Origin: Octopus sinensis
Lineage: Eukaryota
Direction of reading: 5' to 3'
NCBI RefSeq assembly: GCF_006345805.1
Contig: NC_043003.1
Coordinates: forward strand, 47,492,001 to 47,556,000
Length of the DNA: 64,000 nucleotides
The notes below the pieces were generated by a model that was not told the DNA's origin, made no database searches, and saw only the letters and a program-made list of their open reading frames with translations. The number at the start of each line of letters is the position of its first letter. The first letter of the stretch is position 1. Both the position numbers and the translations under genes were made by a program. Positions 38,349 through 51,262 of the stretch are shown here, one piece after another.

Positions 38349-38464
38349 TGTGTGTGTGCATTTAAAGGTTGTTGTGTGCATTTAAAGATGTTGTGTCTGT
38401 GTACACAGATAGATAAATAGATTGATAGACAGAAGAAATGTTTATATATATAAGTACTATATGT

Positions 38465-38615
38465 ATAAGTGGATGGAACTTTTGGAAGAGAGAGACCCAG
38501 GAAAACATGGGATGAAGTATTGAAGGACAATCTCAAACGCCGAGCCTCTCAAAGGATTTGACAAAGGACCAAGATCTGGCACTTTGCTGTACTCAAGAAG
38601 ACACTATCACCACAG
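38465..38615 (+). mobile_element. RTE-like LINE 3' ORF end
   Basis: VDGTFGRERPRKTWDEVLKDNL...LTKDQD.W matches the RTE GRPRKTW motif; a similar fragment lies on minus at ~29930-30125. Confidence 0.55.
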
Positions 38616-39699
38616 CAGAATTCATATCCTAAAGCCACCTTACTAATGCATGTCCATGAGGGGCTCTACCCCTTCACCTTTGTTCTTCCAACCACATTTC
38701 ATTCCCTGACATCCATCAATCTCTCTTTCACCTGGGAGCAGAATAGGCACATATTACACCCACTGGCTTTCTCAGTTCCCTTTCTTCTGCCACCTAGTGT
38801 CTCCACTAATCATCTCCTTTCTGAACCTTCTCTCCCCTCCCTGTGCTGCTTTCTGTCATCAACTGCTTAACTACCTGCTATCACCTTCAATGCCCTCCAC
38901 CTTCAATGTTCTCCACCTTAAATCTACTGCAATCCCCACCCCTAAGCATCTTTTATGTTTCTCTTCATCATTTGCTACAGTCACACCATCCTGCTCACTT
39001 ACCCAGCCCAAACCTCTACAGCACCTATTCTCACCATCCTCAATGTCCCTTGAGGGCATATCCCAACACATTCCCACCATCATTTCACTCACTATCACTC
39101 ACTTTATCTTACTCTCCAACTCACACACTTTTGTTTTCCAGCTGCAATATCCATGTATTTACTCTACAGCAGGACATCTATATCTGTCCCCTCTATATCT
39201 TAAATCTCTCAACTGACTCAAAGACACACCCTTCAATACTACTCCCCCATCCCAGTTGAGGGCCCTTTGTTTTGCAAGGAACTTGGTGACTCTGCTGGTG
39301 CCACATAAAAAGCACCCAGTACATTTTGTAAAGTGGTTGGTATTCGGAAGGGCATCCAGCTGTAGAAAGCATGCTAAAACATACAATGGAATTTGGTGCA
39401 GTTTCTGGCCTTGCTAGCTCTTGTCAAACCAACCAACCCATACCAACATGGAAAATGGACATTAAATGTTGATGATAATCTTTGTACATCCAAATGAGTA
39501 TGTCAAGGAATGTGTGTACATGTTCATTTATACATAGATGTTTGAGTAAATCCATATAAGAATAATTCTGTCAATATTAACATGTCTGTGTTTGTGTAAA
39601 AACAATGTAATCTCTGACTTTACCAACAATCAATCTATTGCTCCCACTCGTATTGAAAATAGTTTTAAACATTCACTTAACTCCATCACCTTGAATAAT

Positions 39700-40330
39700 T
39701 TTCCTCTTCAGTGGCTATTTGTATGGCTTTCCTAGAGTTAGACCGACTGTCAATTTAAACACTTACTACTTATTAGTGACTTGTAACCTTTGAGAACTTC
39801 TACGAAACTAATATCCTTACTGAGTATGTTTCTACAATGGGCACATACTAACCTTGTCTCTTTCATCATCACAAAGACACAATCAATGTTAGTATCCAGG
39901 AAACAGACTAGTACTGCACTGTCCCTAGTCATGAACAATACAACTAAAAGTTTCAAAGTCACTATAAGAGCCAGACTTTAAAATTGTTTATGACTTCCAT
40001 CCCTACATAACATTATCAAGATCCCATCACTGGAAATATTTCAGTCCTAAGAAGCTACTGGTCCTTTACAAAATACAAGTAAGACCCACACCAAAATACT
40101 GCTGATGCATTTAGGATGGCACTACTGCTACTGTACATACACAAACATTCTAGACCATTTCTAAAAGTTTCATTCAACAGAATAGCTGTGATTCACTCAT
40201 GAGACAATAACTGGCTCACAGATACATAGCTTCCACTTTTACCCATCAGTTTTCATTCTTCTACTACTCTGAACTACTGCATACTCCTCTAGCCACACCC
40301 ATTTATCTCCTCCATTTCCCCTTGCCCTAT
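39700..40330 (+). mobile_element. CR1/Jockey-like LINE RT C-terminal remnant
   Basis: LQWAHTNLVSFIITKTQSMLVSRK and YFSPKKLLVLYKIQVRPTPKYC*CI*DG match the W...N.V.FN..KT and LYK..VRP.LEY motifs. Confidence 0.7.
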
Positions 40331-43300
40331 CACCCACATATGGTTTCACCTCCACAACCCAGTATGGAACCCTTTGCCTAATCCTTCCTTCTTGTTTGCA
40401 CTATTCTACACCTCAAACATTAACTCATAATTCATCAAAATGAATATGAACTACATTACTGCTGCCAATCTATGAGAGTGGGCTTACAAAGGTCATGGAT
40501 ATTGCCCCTCTTTCCTTGATTTATCAACATCATCAATATTTTTATACTTCTTTTCTATAATCGCATGAGTTAGATAGAACATTTTGAGATAGTATTTTAC
40601 AGATGGATGTCTTTCTTGACACCAACTGTTTTAAATATTTCTTAGAACATGAATAGCTACAGTAAACCTAATCTAAAAACCAAGATATACACAGCAACAT
40701 ATACACAGGTTTGTGTTACACATAAACACATTCTCTTGAAATGACTGGAAAGTGCATAACTACATAACCTCTTGAAACATGTATATCATTAAATGTATTT
40801 GAAATACCTGAATTACCAATAATTGGTTTCTGTCACTTTTCAAATATTATGGAACTCATGTTTCCAACAATCTAGTCTACCTTTGCTGAGAAGTAGGATG
40901 TTGATTTAAACACTGATACTGAAATATCTGGAAATGTACATTGCATTAAAGCAAACTACTAAAGATATATGTATAATCAAGAGAATTGATTATACGATTT
41001 CTCACAGTAATTTACCAATTCTATCTCTTTCCTTAGTTGTATATGTATGAATGTGTGTAGAACATTACTGACCTCTGTCTAGTGATGTTCTAACTTTCAC
41101 TGCCTACTTTTTCTTTTTACAGACATAGCGTATCTTTGACTATACTATCATATGTGTCTGATTTGAAGATAGTAAATAGGATGTGGTTTGAGGAATATTT
41201 GGCTCCTATTTCTAGAAGGTCAAATGACCAAGTAGCCACCACAAGATCCAGTCTGTGTTGCAGTGGTACTGGCTTGTGTCTTAGTTCTTAGTTACCTTCT
41301 GAAGTCATACTGACTCATAAGGACCAGGTTTCATGGTATATATATATTTCCCACCTAGACAGGATGTAGGTCTGTTGCAGGATTACTCATTTTTGCCAGC
41401 TGAGTGAACTGGAGCAACATGCAGTAAAGTGTTTTGCTCAAGAACACAAAGTGTCGCCCAGTCTAGGAATTGAAACCACAACCTTACAATCATGAGTCCA
41501 ACACCCCAATCACTAAACCATGCACCTCCACAGTGGCTCTGTGCCTCAAAGACTCTGAGAGCTATGTTAGTAGAGCACAAGCTCCTGTTAAGGGCCATTC
41601 ATGTTGGACAGGTCAAAGATTAGCGGCCAGAATAATATAGACCACCTCTTTTCAGTGGTAAAAATGCTTTTGCATAGGACAAACAGCTGCACCCAGGAAA
41701 AAGGCTAAGTTACAGAAGCATCAATGACCATCCAAAACCAACAAGACTTGGAAGAAGAATGCCTTCTCTCAGGGAAATATATTGCAGTGCCGCAAAATCT
41801 GAAATGAAAAACATATTCTGAAGTGTAAGCAGTGATTGATAGGCCATACATTAAGGAAGCCAGCATCCTGCATTACATGTTAGGCCCTGCTCTGGAACCC
41901 ACAAGGGACACAGAAGAGCGGATGCCATAAAAATAGCTGGAAGTGAGATACTGAGTCAGAGCTGAAAAAGCAGCAATCCAGATGGAAAGGAGTTTACAAG
42001 ACAGTCCAGATATGAGAAGAGTGGGAAAAAATTGATGGTCTATACTCCATAGGGAGTGAAGGGCTTGAGTAAATGACAAATTCTTACAACGACCTATTTG
42101 TATTGTTGCTGTAGTGTAATTGTTTAGCCCTGATTCAGGAGGATGTTTGACCAAAACATGCCATCCATGACTATCCCATTTATGTTTTGTTTTCATATGC
42201 ACTATATCTGAGACTATTTGTATTTTTAGATCCAACATTTATTTGTATTTTTAGGATGGTAGGATATGATTTGAGTAAATATTTGACTGCTATATCTTGC
42301 AGGTGAAGAATGTAGATGCTCTTTAGTTGGCCGTTAATAGCAGTGGCTAGTTGACTTTGCATTATTAACAGTGGGTGATAATAAAGGCAGTGTTAAAAGT
42401 AATGTTCCTATTGCTGCTGGTGTCCATAAGGACAATGATGATGATAATGCTTCTGTTGTTGCTGTCAGTGTTTGTTATTGTCTTCCATTGTACATCAATG
42501 AAGCTGTGATTTCAGTGGAGGCAGCAAGAGTGTTGGTGGTGGTGGTAATGATGAGAAGGAGGGGCTGCAATTCTACATCATCCTGTAAATTATTCCCTCC
42601 AACCTACCACCCTTTCTGCTCTCCTCCCTGAAGATCTAGTGACTTCCGACAATAATAATTAAAGAGAATATGGTTGAAGTTGACAATTTAATTAGTAATA
42701 CTTAATTGCCTCATAGATTCGGAAATCACACCCTCTCTGTTTCTCTCCCTCTTTCTCACTTTATATGCTTTATATATATATATCTATATATATATATATA
42801 TATATAATATATGCATACATACATACATACATACATACACACAAACACACACAGATATTTATATATATATATGTATATTTTCCTCTTCCATCCTGTTCCC
42901 CATCTATCTTTCCTTCCTCTTCCCCTGATCTCTGTTTTTTTTATTTTATATATTTTTTGTTTATGTATGTTTTGTGTGTTTTGTCCGTAATCATGTGGCT
43001 AATTATTGTTGCCATCATTTTCACTACACTCACACATACACACACACACACTTACAATATTTTATAAACACCTCTTAATAATGTCAACAGATTTTTATGA
43101 CTTTTTCTCGTATTTCTTTGCTTTTGTAACTAGTGATGGTAACAATGGGAAAAACAGTCATCCAGTTTTAGTGTTGTTGTTATTGTTCTTGCTATAGTAT
43201 GAATGATATATTTGTATTCAGGTTAACATTTTGGTATTTTAGCTCAAGAATTAGTTGTCTGGAAATTGATAAATTTCTCCTCATCCTCAAAATAAAACTT

Positions 43301-44651
43301 GTGCAAGTATCGCTTTGAGTTCAGCTGTTTTCAGAGTACTTGTTTCTCTGTTTATCAGTCCATCTGTTTGTCTGTTGGATTCTTTCTACTCCTAGTTCTC
43401 TCTTACTTCTTCCCATAATGCCCCACTCTATCTTTCCTCACCCAGATTCTCTTTTTAGGAATTAACAAGAAATTTTATTTGTTTATTACATAATTGAATT
43501 CAGGGCAAGTTTTAAAAATTCTCCCTTTTTCTCTCTCCTGCTAACCCAGTCACTCTGTCTACCTTGGTTACCAAGTCCCCCTGGTAAATAAGTCACTCTG
43601 TTCATTCCAGCTGATCAAGTCTCTTTTTCCACTCCAGCTGACTAAATGTCTCTGTCTACTCAATCGGGCAAAGTCCCTCTGTATTCTCCAGCTGTCTAGT
43701 TCCTCTGTTTCCAGAGGATCTATCCCTTTAACTGCTTTTTGATTATCAACTTTCTAAAGATTGATAGTCAGTTCAGTTATTAATTCACAGTTTTTTTGTT
43801 TTTGTTTTTTGTCTATATGCACATACATATTCAGATATTTACAGAAAAAGTTTTAGGATCTGGTGATTTAACAGTGGATTTTTTTTTTTTCCTTTCCCTA
43901 ACACTCTTCCACTGCGAGACATAAATGGTATTGGTGATATCTATTTTTCAGCAAGATATGTTAAAATACCTTTATGCTAGTGTGTTTTTGATTGAATGTA
44001 AGCTTAGTTAACATATAAACCTTGAATGTAGGGCTGTCATCTCTGACCAGTGGCCATACCATAATCCATTTGCTTTCCTTTACAATCATCAACTATATAA
44101 TTTAATCATTAGTCAGAAGATCTTTGTGATCTATCTCACCCTTCATGATACAATCCACTATCAACATTTACATCTTTAGATTACATTAGACTAACCCAGC
44201 CTCAAAGGATTTCTTTGGCCAACCCTTTTCTGTATTCCTGTATTCTCTGAACTTTTTCTGCTCTGTTTTTACTCTGGCTGGTACACTTTTGAACACCCTC
44301 CAGTTTGGTATGCATGTGTGTGTGTGTTCCCAGCAGACCACCCTGTTCTGTTGGACACACCCTGCCTTGTCTTCTGTGTTATGTCCTTAGTCATCATCGA
44401 CAGTGATGGACAAATTGTGTGTGTGGCATGACAGATTGTTACAGTAAGGTCTAGTAAATGGGGCCAGTCATGGTACCATGAAAAAGGAATGGTCCAGTGA
44501 ATCATTTTGATGATAAGCTATACCATTCTGTAACTCCTGGTAAATTAGCATGATGCTCCTCTGTAATATGTAGATTCTCAAATCCCCAGCAGGTGCAATT
44601 GTGGTGATTAACTGAACCATTTAATTTAAATGTAACCTCATCCCTCTAAAC

Positions 44652-44975
44652 CAAGGGTTCTCAAACCATTTTTTATCTATGGACCCCTTTGATTACCATT
44701 TTATTCTGGTGGACCCCTGTAGCTATTCGATGTTTAAAAACTAGTTTTATAGAAACTTCTTTCAAGATTTCTATTTTGTTTTTCACACACTAACTTCTAT
44801 AGATTGAACTATGTAAAATGTTAGAGAAACATGCAAAAACATACATCTAAAGTAAACTTTTTCAGGGGCCCTCAAAATACTATTGTGGTTTCCCAGTTTA
44901 CTATTTTGTTGTATGCACCCCAAAAATCTTATATGAACCCTCATGGGCCATGTGAAGCCCAGTTGAGAACCACTG
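44652..44975. mobile_element. hAT (Charlie/Buster-like) MITE, 324 bp
   Basis: TIRs CAAGGGTTCTCAA / TTGAGAACCACTG and a perfect 8-bp target-site duplication CTCTAAAC (44644-44651, 44976-44983). Confidence 0.9.
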
Positions 44976-47900
44976 CTCTAAACAGTCTTTGTTGGCAAGT
45001 GTGCATCTTCTTCACATCTTGCCAAGTACTGCTCACAAAATTCTACTCTTTGGTCTGGAATCATCTTTATACAGAATATGGGCAATTCTTGGAATGTAAC
45101 TGCTTGGCTTGTAGGTTTAAAAGTCTGGTTTCTTTTTAGACAAACCTTGTGTTATATGATACTTCAACATCATCTCTCTCTTGCTCTCTCTCTCTCTCTC
45201 TTTGACCAGATAACCAAGTACCTCCTCTATAACAAGACACCTGTTTCTCTCTGTCACACTCTAATCTTCTATGATCTAACTCAAGACCACCTACTCAAAT
45301 ACCACAGGTTCTTTGTCTTGCAAGTTACTTGGTGACCCCGTAAAACACATACAATCCATATTGTAAAGAGGTTGGCACTTGGAAAGGCATCCAACAGTAA
45401 AAACCATACCAAAACTGACCTCACCTTTGCATGTGCCACGTAAAAAGCACTCAGTCCACTCTGCAGGATGGCTGGTGTTAGGAAGGGCATCCAGCCGTAA
45501 AAAGCCATGCCTAAACAGACACAGAAATCTGATGCAGGCTTCAGTGTGGCCAGCTCCTGTCAAGCTGTCCAAATATGGAGAGCAGATATTAAACAATGAT
45601 GATGATGATATATATATATATATATACATAGATAACTGTGTGATCGAAAACTTTTCAGGAATTGATTCTTTTTCCATTACATCACCAACTTTTTTTGTTT
45701 CTGTGGCTAATAATTTTACTTTGCATCATGCTTTAAGTATTTCCATATTGAAACTTGATTATCATCATATTTTTATCACTTGTATGTATGTTTAACTTTT
45801 TATCACCGTCATCAACTGTGTAATTTTATTTTTTCTCCTCAATTACACTTGAGCAGAATACAGACAATTGCACAAATTCAATGGAAAGCTAGTCAAACTA
45901 ATCACCAAAAGATTCACTGCATATTTAACTTCAAGACAATTTCTTTTATCGGAAGATATATGATGATTATTGAAAGTCCTCTTTTTGCCTCAACAGAACT
46001 CAGAGCAATGGTATTAATGATATATTTAGTCCTTTGTGCTGTTGTTGGACTTTCATAATTATGAAAGCTTTGGGTAACATTTTTTATATAATCACGGAAA
46101 TGATTAACACAGATTTTATAGTGAAATTGTTTCTAGAATTATTACAGGTTTTCTTCAGCTATTTCCCAGGGGATAACAACTTCATTAAGTTCATCAAGAA
46201 TCTGAGTTAACATCGTTTACCAATACAAACATTTCACTGCTAGTTTCGTATGGATTATTGCTTGAGTGTATGCTATGAAATTCCATCAACCTTAGTTTTA
46301 TCTGTTTTATTATTACATCTTATAATCCTTGGTGTGGAAAAATTATGTTTTTAATATTTCTTAAACTCAATGTTCCAAAATACTTCAGTTGCTAAATCCT
46401 TGTTTTCAAAGCCCCCTCCCCCACCCCCATTTGCTTTGAAATTTTTTTAATGATTTGATCACAGGCATGGCTATGATTAAGAAGCTTGCTTTCCAACCAC
46501 ATGATTTCAGGTTCAGTCTCATTGTGTGGCAACTTGAGCTTGTGTCTTCTACTATAGCCCCAGGCCAACCAACTAAAGTCTTGTTTGTGGATTTGGTAGA
46601 AACTGAAAGAAGCCCATTGTATATGTGTGTTTGTGTGTGTCTGTGCATGTTTGAGTCTACCCTTGTTTTGACATCATGTGATGGTTATAAATGGGTATCA
46701 CTGTCATACAAGTGATGTTTATTTCTATTCCCCTTTGAAAAACATGTTTGACCAAGGAGAAATGTTACCTCTTTTGGAAACAAGTGAAGGTTGGTGGCAG
46801 GAAAGACATCAGACTGAAGAAAATCTGTCTCAACTGGTTATGGCTGACCCATGCAAATATTATCCTCTTCATTAATTTTTTCACTTTTTGATAAACTGAA
46901 TATTTTGATTGTTAAGTGTTTAAATAAAAGGAAAGTTCTTGTAATATATCCTCCAGAAAAGATATGCTGGGAAAATGGTTAGCCATTCTTAGAAATTTTC
47001 CCTTTGTAGAAAGAAATTCAAACAATCCTAGGTAAGAGGGCACAGGCATGGCTGTGGTAAGAAGCTTGCTTCCCAACCACATGGATCTGGGTTCAGTCCC
47101 ATTGCAAAGCACCTTGGGCAAGTGTCTTCTTCTATAGCTTCAGGCTGACCAAAGCCTTGTGAATGGATTTGGTAAACAGAAACTGAAAGAAGCCCGTCAT
47201 ATGTGTGTGTGTGTGTCTTTGTGCTTGTCCTCCCATCACTGCTTGACAACCAGTGTTGGTTTGTTTACATCCCTGTAACTTAGTGGTTCAGTAAAAGAAA
47301 CTGATAGAGGAGTCGATTTGTTCTCTCTATCGACTCCTTCTGAGATTAAAATTGCCTGAAGTCAATTTTGTTTTTCATCTTTTCAGGGTTGATAAAATAA
47401 GTACCATTTGAGAACAGGAATCAATGTAATTGATTTATCTCTCTCCTTAAAATTGCTGGCCTTGTGCCAAAAGTAGAAAGAATTATATATAGTTACTAAT
47501 AACTTTTATTTATTTATTTATTTATTTTATTTGCTAGCTTATTTTATTTTGATCTTTTCATTTTATCTTATTTTGGATAACCTGGAGCTAACAGCCCAAA
47601 TGTAAAATTTCCAAAAATATTATTAGAATGTTTCATTAGAAATTTTATTTTAAACACATTATTATAATACAAAGCAAATTTTAATTTAAGCACATAATTA
47701 TAACACAAATAGAGATTTCATTGAAACAAGTTATGATAATACAAACAAAAAGTAAGAATTAAGACTGATATTTGCCTGTAACCATTTTGAATCAGGCTGT
47801 CAAATGACGCACAGACTCATTGGCGGTAGTAAATTTTTAAAAACTAAGCTTGATGCTTGCAATATGATTGTGTAGAAATATATATTGTTGCAACTGCAAG

Positions 47901-49297
47901 TGGTTATAAGTCACATAAGTTGCAAGTTGAAGAGTGTCTGTCAGTGTGTGCTCGTGGTATGAGATAGATTTACATGCTGATAGTAATACATAAAATAGTA
48001 AAGTCTTTGGGTAGAATGCTTTGTGGTATTTGCTCCAACTCTCTTGCACAAACACACAAATTGAGGACAGTAGATGTGCAAAATTGTAAAAGGGTCAATA
48101 AAATGCCTTGTATCTGTTCTGGCCCTTTGCAATCTACAGCAATGCCTGCAATGACACTGTGACACTGCTTTATTGGCTCATGTCTGCAGCCTTTCCCTTA
48201 CATAGACATTGGTGGCACAAGAAGGAGAGATTTGTATTAATAGATAACTGTCAGTCTTCCTCTAAAAATCTTGTCCACATCTATGCATGCATGTACAAAT
48301 GCATGGTCAACTTTGACAAACAGAGCCCCTACATACATGAGTAAGTGTGTGTTTGTGTGTGTAAACATACATACATATAATCCCTTCTACCATAAGCTCA
48401 AGGCCTGAAATTTTGGAGGAAGAGGCTAATCAATTGCATCGACCCAGTACTCAACTATACTTGATTTATTATTAAGGTTACCTGTGCAACTTGTAAATAT
48501 ACAGTTCTTTTTCCTACTTGCACTCCATCATCACATGACTAAAAAGAGGCAACGATCACGCTGGGATGGTGCTCTTATAATTTAATGCAAAAAGAAAACC
48601 TAGAAAAAAATGAATTTAATTATTTTATCATGACTTTCATTCCTTTTTCTGTGATCAGTGATTTAATGTGGAAGTTTAAATTGTCATATAATTTGAATAA
48701 TATTGTCAAAGAAGTAGAATTTTTTAATTTATAAAGAGACAATATTTAAGCAATAACAACAAATACAACAAATTTTATAAGTATTGAAAGCTCCTTTTTT
48801 TGTATAACTACTCCCCTGTAACATTATTTTTTGGCATAATATCAAGTAGGTCTTTACAATTGCAAAGTTATTATTAAGAAGACAATTTTTACTGCAGTTC
48901 TCTCTCCATGAGCTACTAGCATTTTTTAAACCATTATACAAAAAGCATATAATATGCAAATCAAAATATTATTGAGTATCAAATGTGAACAGTGCCAACC
49001 GCAAACATACATAAATAATGACTAATCACATACCTCTGAAAAATTAACAAAATTAATAAAGGTTAAGAAGTCTGTTTTTAAAAAAGGTCTTCCATATCAA
49101 ATTGATATTTTTAATTTGAAATTATTGGAAAAATGTTCACGTTTGCACCCCAACTGGAAATTATGCATTTGATATGGGGAAATGTTTGATTTTTAGAACT
49201 CTACAGAGTTCTATGATTTAATTTTAGTAACTGCTTTGTGACTGAATCCTACCATAATACATACATCCACACATATATACATGCGCACATTATATAC

Positions 49298-49340
<43 letters not shown>

Positions 49341-49470
49341 AGGTGATACCTTGCAGTACAAGTTCAATTCGTTCCATGACAGAGCTTGTTTTACGATTTA
49401 CTCGTTTTACAAATCAATTTTCCCCATTAAAATTAACTAAAATATAGTTAATCTATTCTAGCCACCCCAA
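49341..49470 (+). mobile_element. Tigger/pogo-like transposon terminal fragment
   Basis: After (TA)n: GGTGATACCTTGCAGTACAAGTTCAATTCGTTCC...CAATTTTCCCCATT...GTTAATCTATTCTAG resembles recalled Tigger-type termini. Confidence 0.55.
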
Positions 49471-49659
49471 AACCACCCAAAAATAACTTCTTATGGGTTT
49501 TAAAACAGAAAAGGTGCTGCACGGAATTTTGTCAGTGAATAGGTGATGGTCTCAAAGCGACGAATAAATTTTGATAAATTAAATTTAAATGTTGAAGTGA
49601 ATCTAACGGATTTTGTGTGTTTCTTAAATGGCTTTTAAACACCTTCCACACTGCAATTG

Positions 49660-49724
<65 letters not shown>

Positions 49725-50672
49725 GGTGGTTGTCTACTCCTTATGCATAGTTTGAGCATCTCCTGTACCTACACCTCAGCACCATCATGGCGTCTGATGT
49801 GGCTTTTTAAACCAGACAATGTTCTGAAAAGACACCCACATAGATTGCACATCTGATGTGGACCACCAAGAGCTGCAGATAAGTTCTGATCTTTGTGGAT
49901 CTTAAGATGTCTTTTGAGGTCTCTGTTGGATTTGCAAACCTTCTAGCATACACTGCATTCAAAGGTGTGCACAGACATATAGGCAGAATAGTTGGTGGAG
50001 GTTCGTTTTCCATGGGTTCACAGATGAGATTTGAGCCCAGCAAGAGACAGGCATTGTCTGTCACAAACTGTGCACACAAAAGGTCATTGTCATTTACCTT
50101 CTCGATCACAACATTCTTCCTTAGATCTCTTTTGAGTTATCCTGGCCTCTTCAAATGCTTTCACTCCACTCCACACTTTTGTTCTCCATCCAACTTGATT
50201 GGAAGCAAGGGTTTCTATGTTTTCTGAATCCATTCCAAGGGACTTCATAGTAGTCCTTATGCCAGCCTTAAACCTTTTTTTAAGTTTATGCTGTTTCTCC
50301 TCTGCAAGCTCACAAAAGGATGGAAAAATACAGGTGCGAATTAAAAGGGCAGCAAAAGCATTTGGTGGCTTTGAGTCACATGTTTGGTGCCAGTGATGTA
50401 TAAATGAGAATACAAAGCTGGCTCTTTACAAATCATTTGTCTTACCATCCCTGTTGTAATCTTGTGAATCATGGACTTGTTATGAAAGGCATTTTAAATT
50501 GTTAGAACAATTCCACCAAAAATGCCTTCATTGCATTTTAAACATTAAATGGAGTTCTTTTACTCCATTGCATCTGCTGACATCACCTCAATTAAAGCTA
50601 TGATTTTGAGGAGCCAAATGATATGGTGTGGCCATATTGTTCGAATGGTTGATGAACGCATGCCAAAACAGC

Positions 50673-50680
<8 letters not shown>
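49725..50680. mobile_element. RTE-clade LINE 3' fragment with inverted 5' segment, inserted in (TA)n
   Basis: Plus 50315-50680 encodes DGKIQVRIKRAAKAFG...LYKSFVLPSLL*SCESWT...WCGHIVRMVDERMPKQLFY. Minus 50314-49725 continues (C)ELAEEKQHKLKKRFK...WRTKVWSGVKAFEEAR...CNLCGCLFRTLSGLKSHIRRH. Both are typical RTE ORF2 C-terminal motifs. (TA)n at 49661-49724 and 50678-50707. Confidence 0.85.
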
Positions 50681-50712
<32 letters not shown>

Positions 50713-50849
50713 GAGCAAAACGCCCTCCTCCTACCCGTCCAGTGGACGGTGCTGAATCATATCTGCTGAATAAAAAGCAATTAGTGTTTTCTTTTCATTA
50801 AAAATAATTAAGCATGCCTTCATTTCAATAAAATTTTTGGTTTTGTTAA

Positions 50850-51262
50850 ATGAAGTTAAGGCAAAAAAAAACTTCTTGAGAAACCAAATAGTCTTTCCTT
50901 CATGCGAAGTTTGAAGAAAATATCTCTTTTGCATCTTACTTTTTTGGTCTCTTAAATATACTGCATTTTGTGGCATTATTTCAAGCCAGCCAGTTTTTTT
51001 TTTGCATAAACTGCATGTGCATTTTTCTTGTGTATGCATAGTATCGATCGCAACAGCTGATGTACTTGTGCATACAAATGCACATTCCCATGGCTTTATC
51101 AATCGCATTCTCACCTGGAATCGTCTTTTGTAATTTTTTCAAGACTTATACACACCCTGATACCATTGGTATCTACATGTCAAATTTGAGCGCAATCAGA
51201 TGGAGGATGCCCGAGATCCTTGAAGACACACACACAGACAGAACGGATTTTATATAATAGAT
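50850..51262 (+). mobile_element. Possible Helentron-associated (DINE/HINE-like) non-autonomous element
   Basis: Ends CAAATTTGAGCGCAATC...ACACACACACAGACAGAACGGATTTTATATAATAGAT, a 3' layout typical of that class. Left boundary uncertain. Confidence 0.35.

Noticed and set aside
46145-46215. Short protein-like ORFs on both strands (MLTQILDELNEVVIPWEIAEENL)
   Set aside because: Only 23 codons, weak splice signals, no homology.
47010-47031. 22-nt micro-exon candidate (TTTGTAG|...CCTAG|GTAAGA, KEIQTIL)
   Set aside because: Its length is incompatible with phase-0 entry into the 54246 exon in that frame, it has no RUFY similarity, and it abuts a SINE head.
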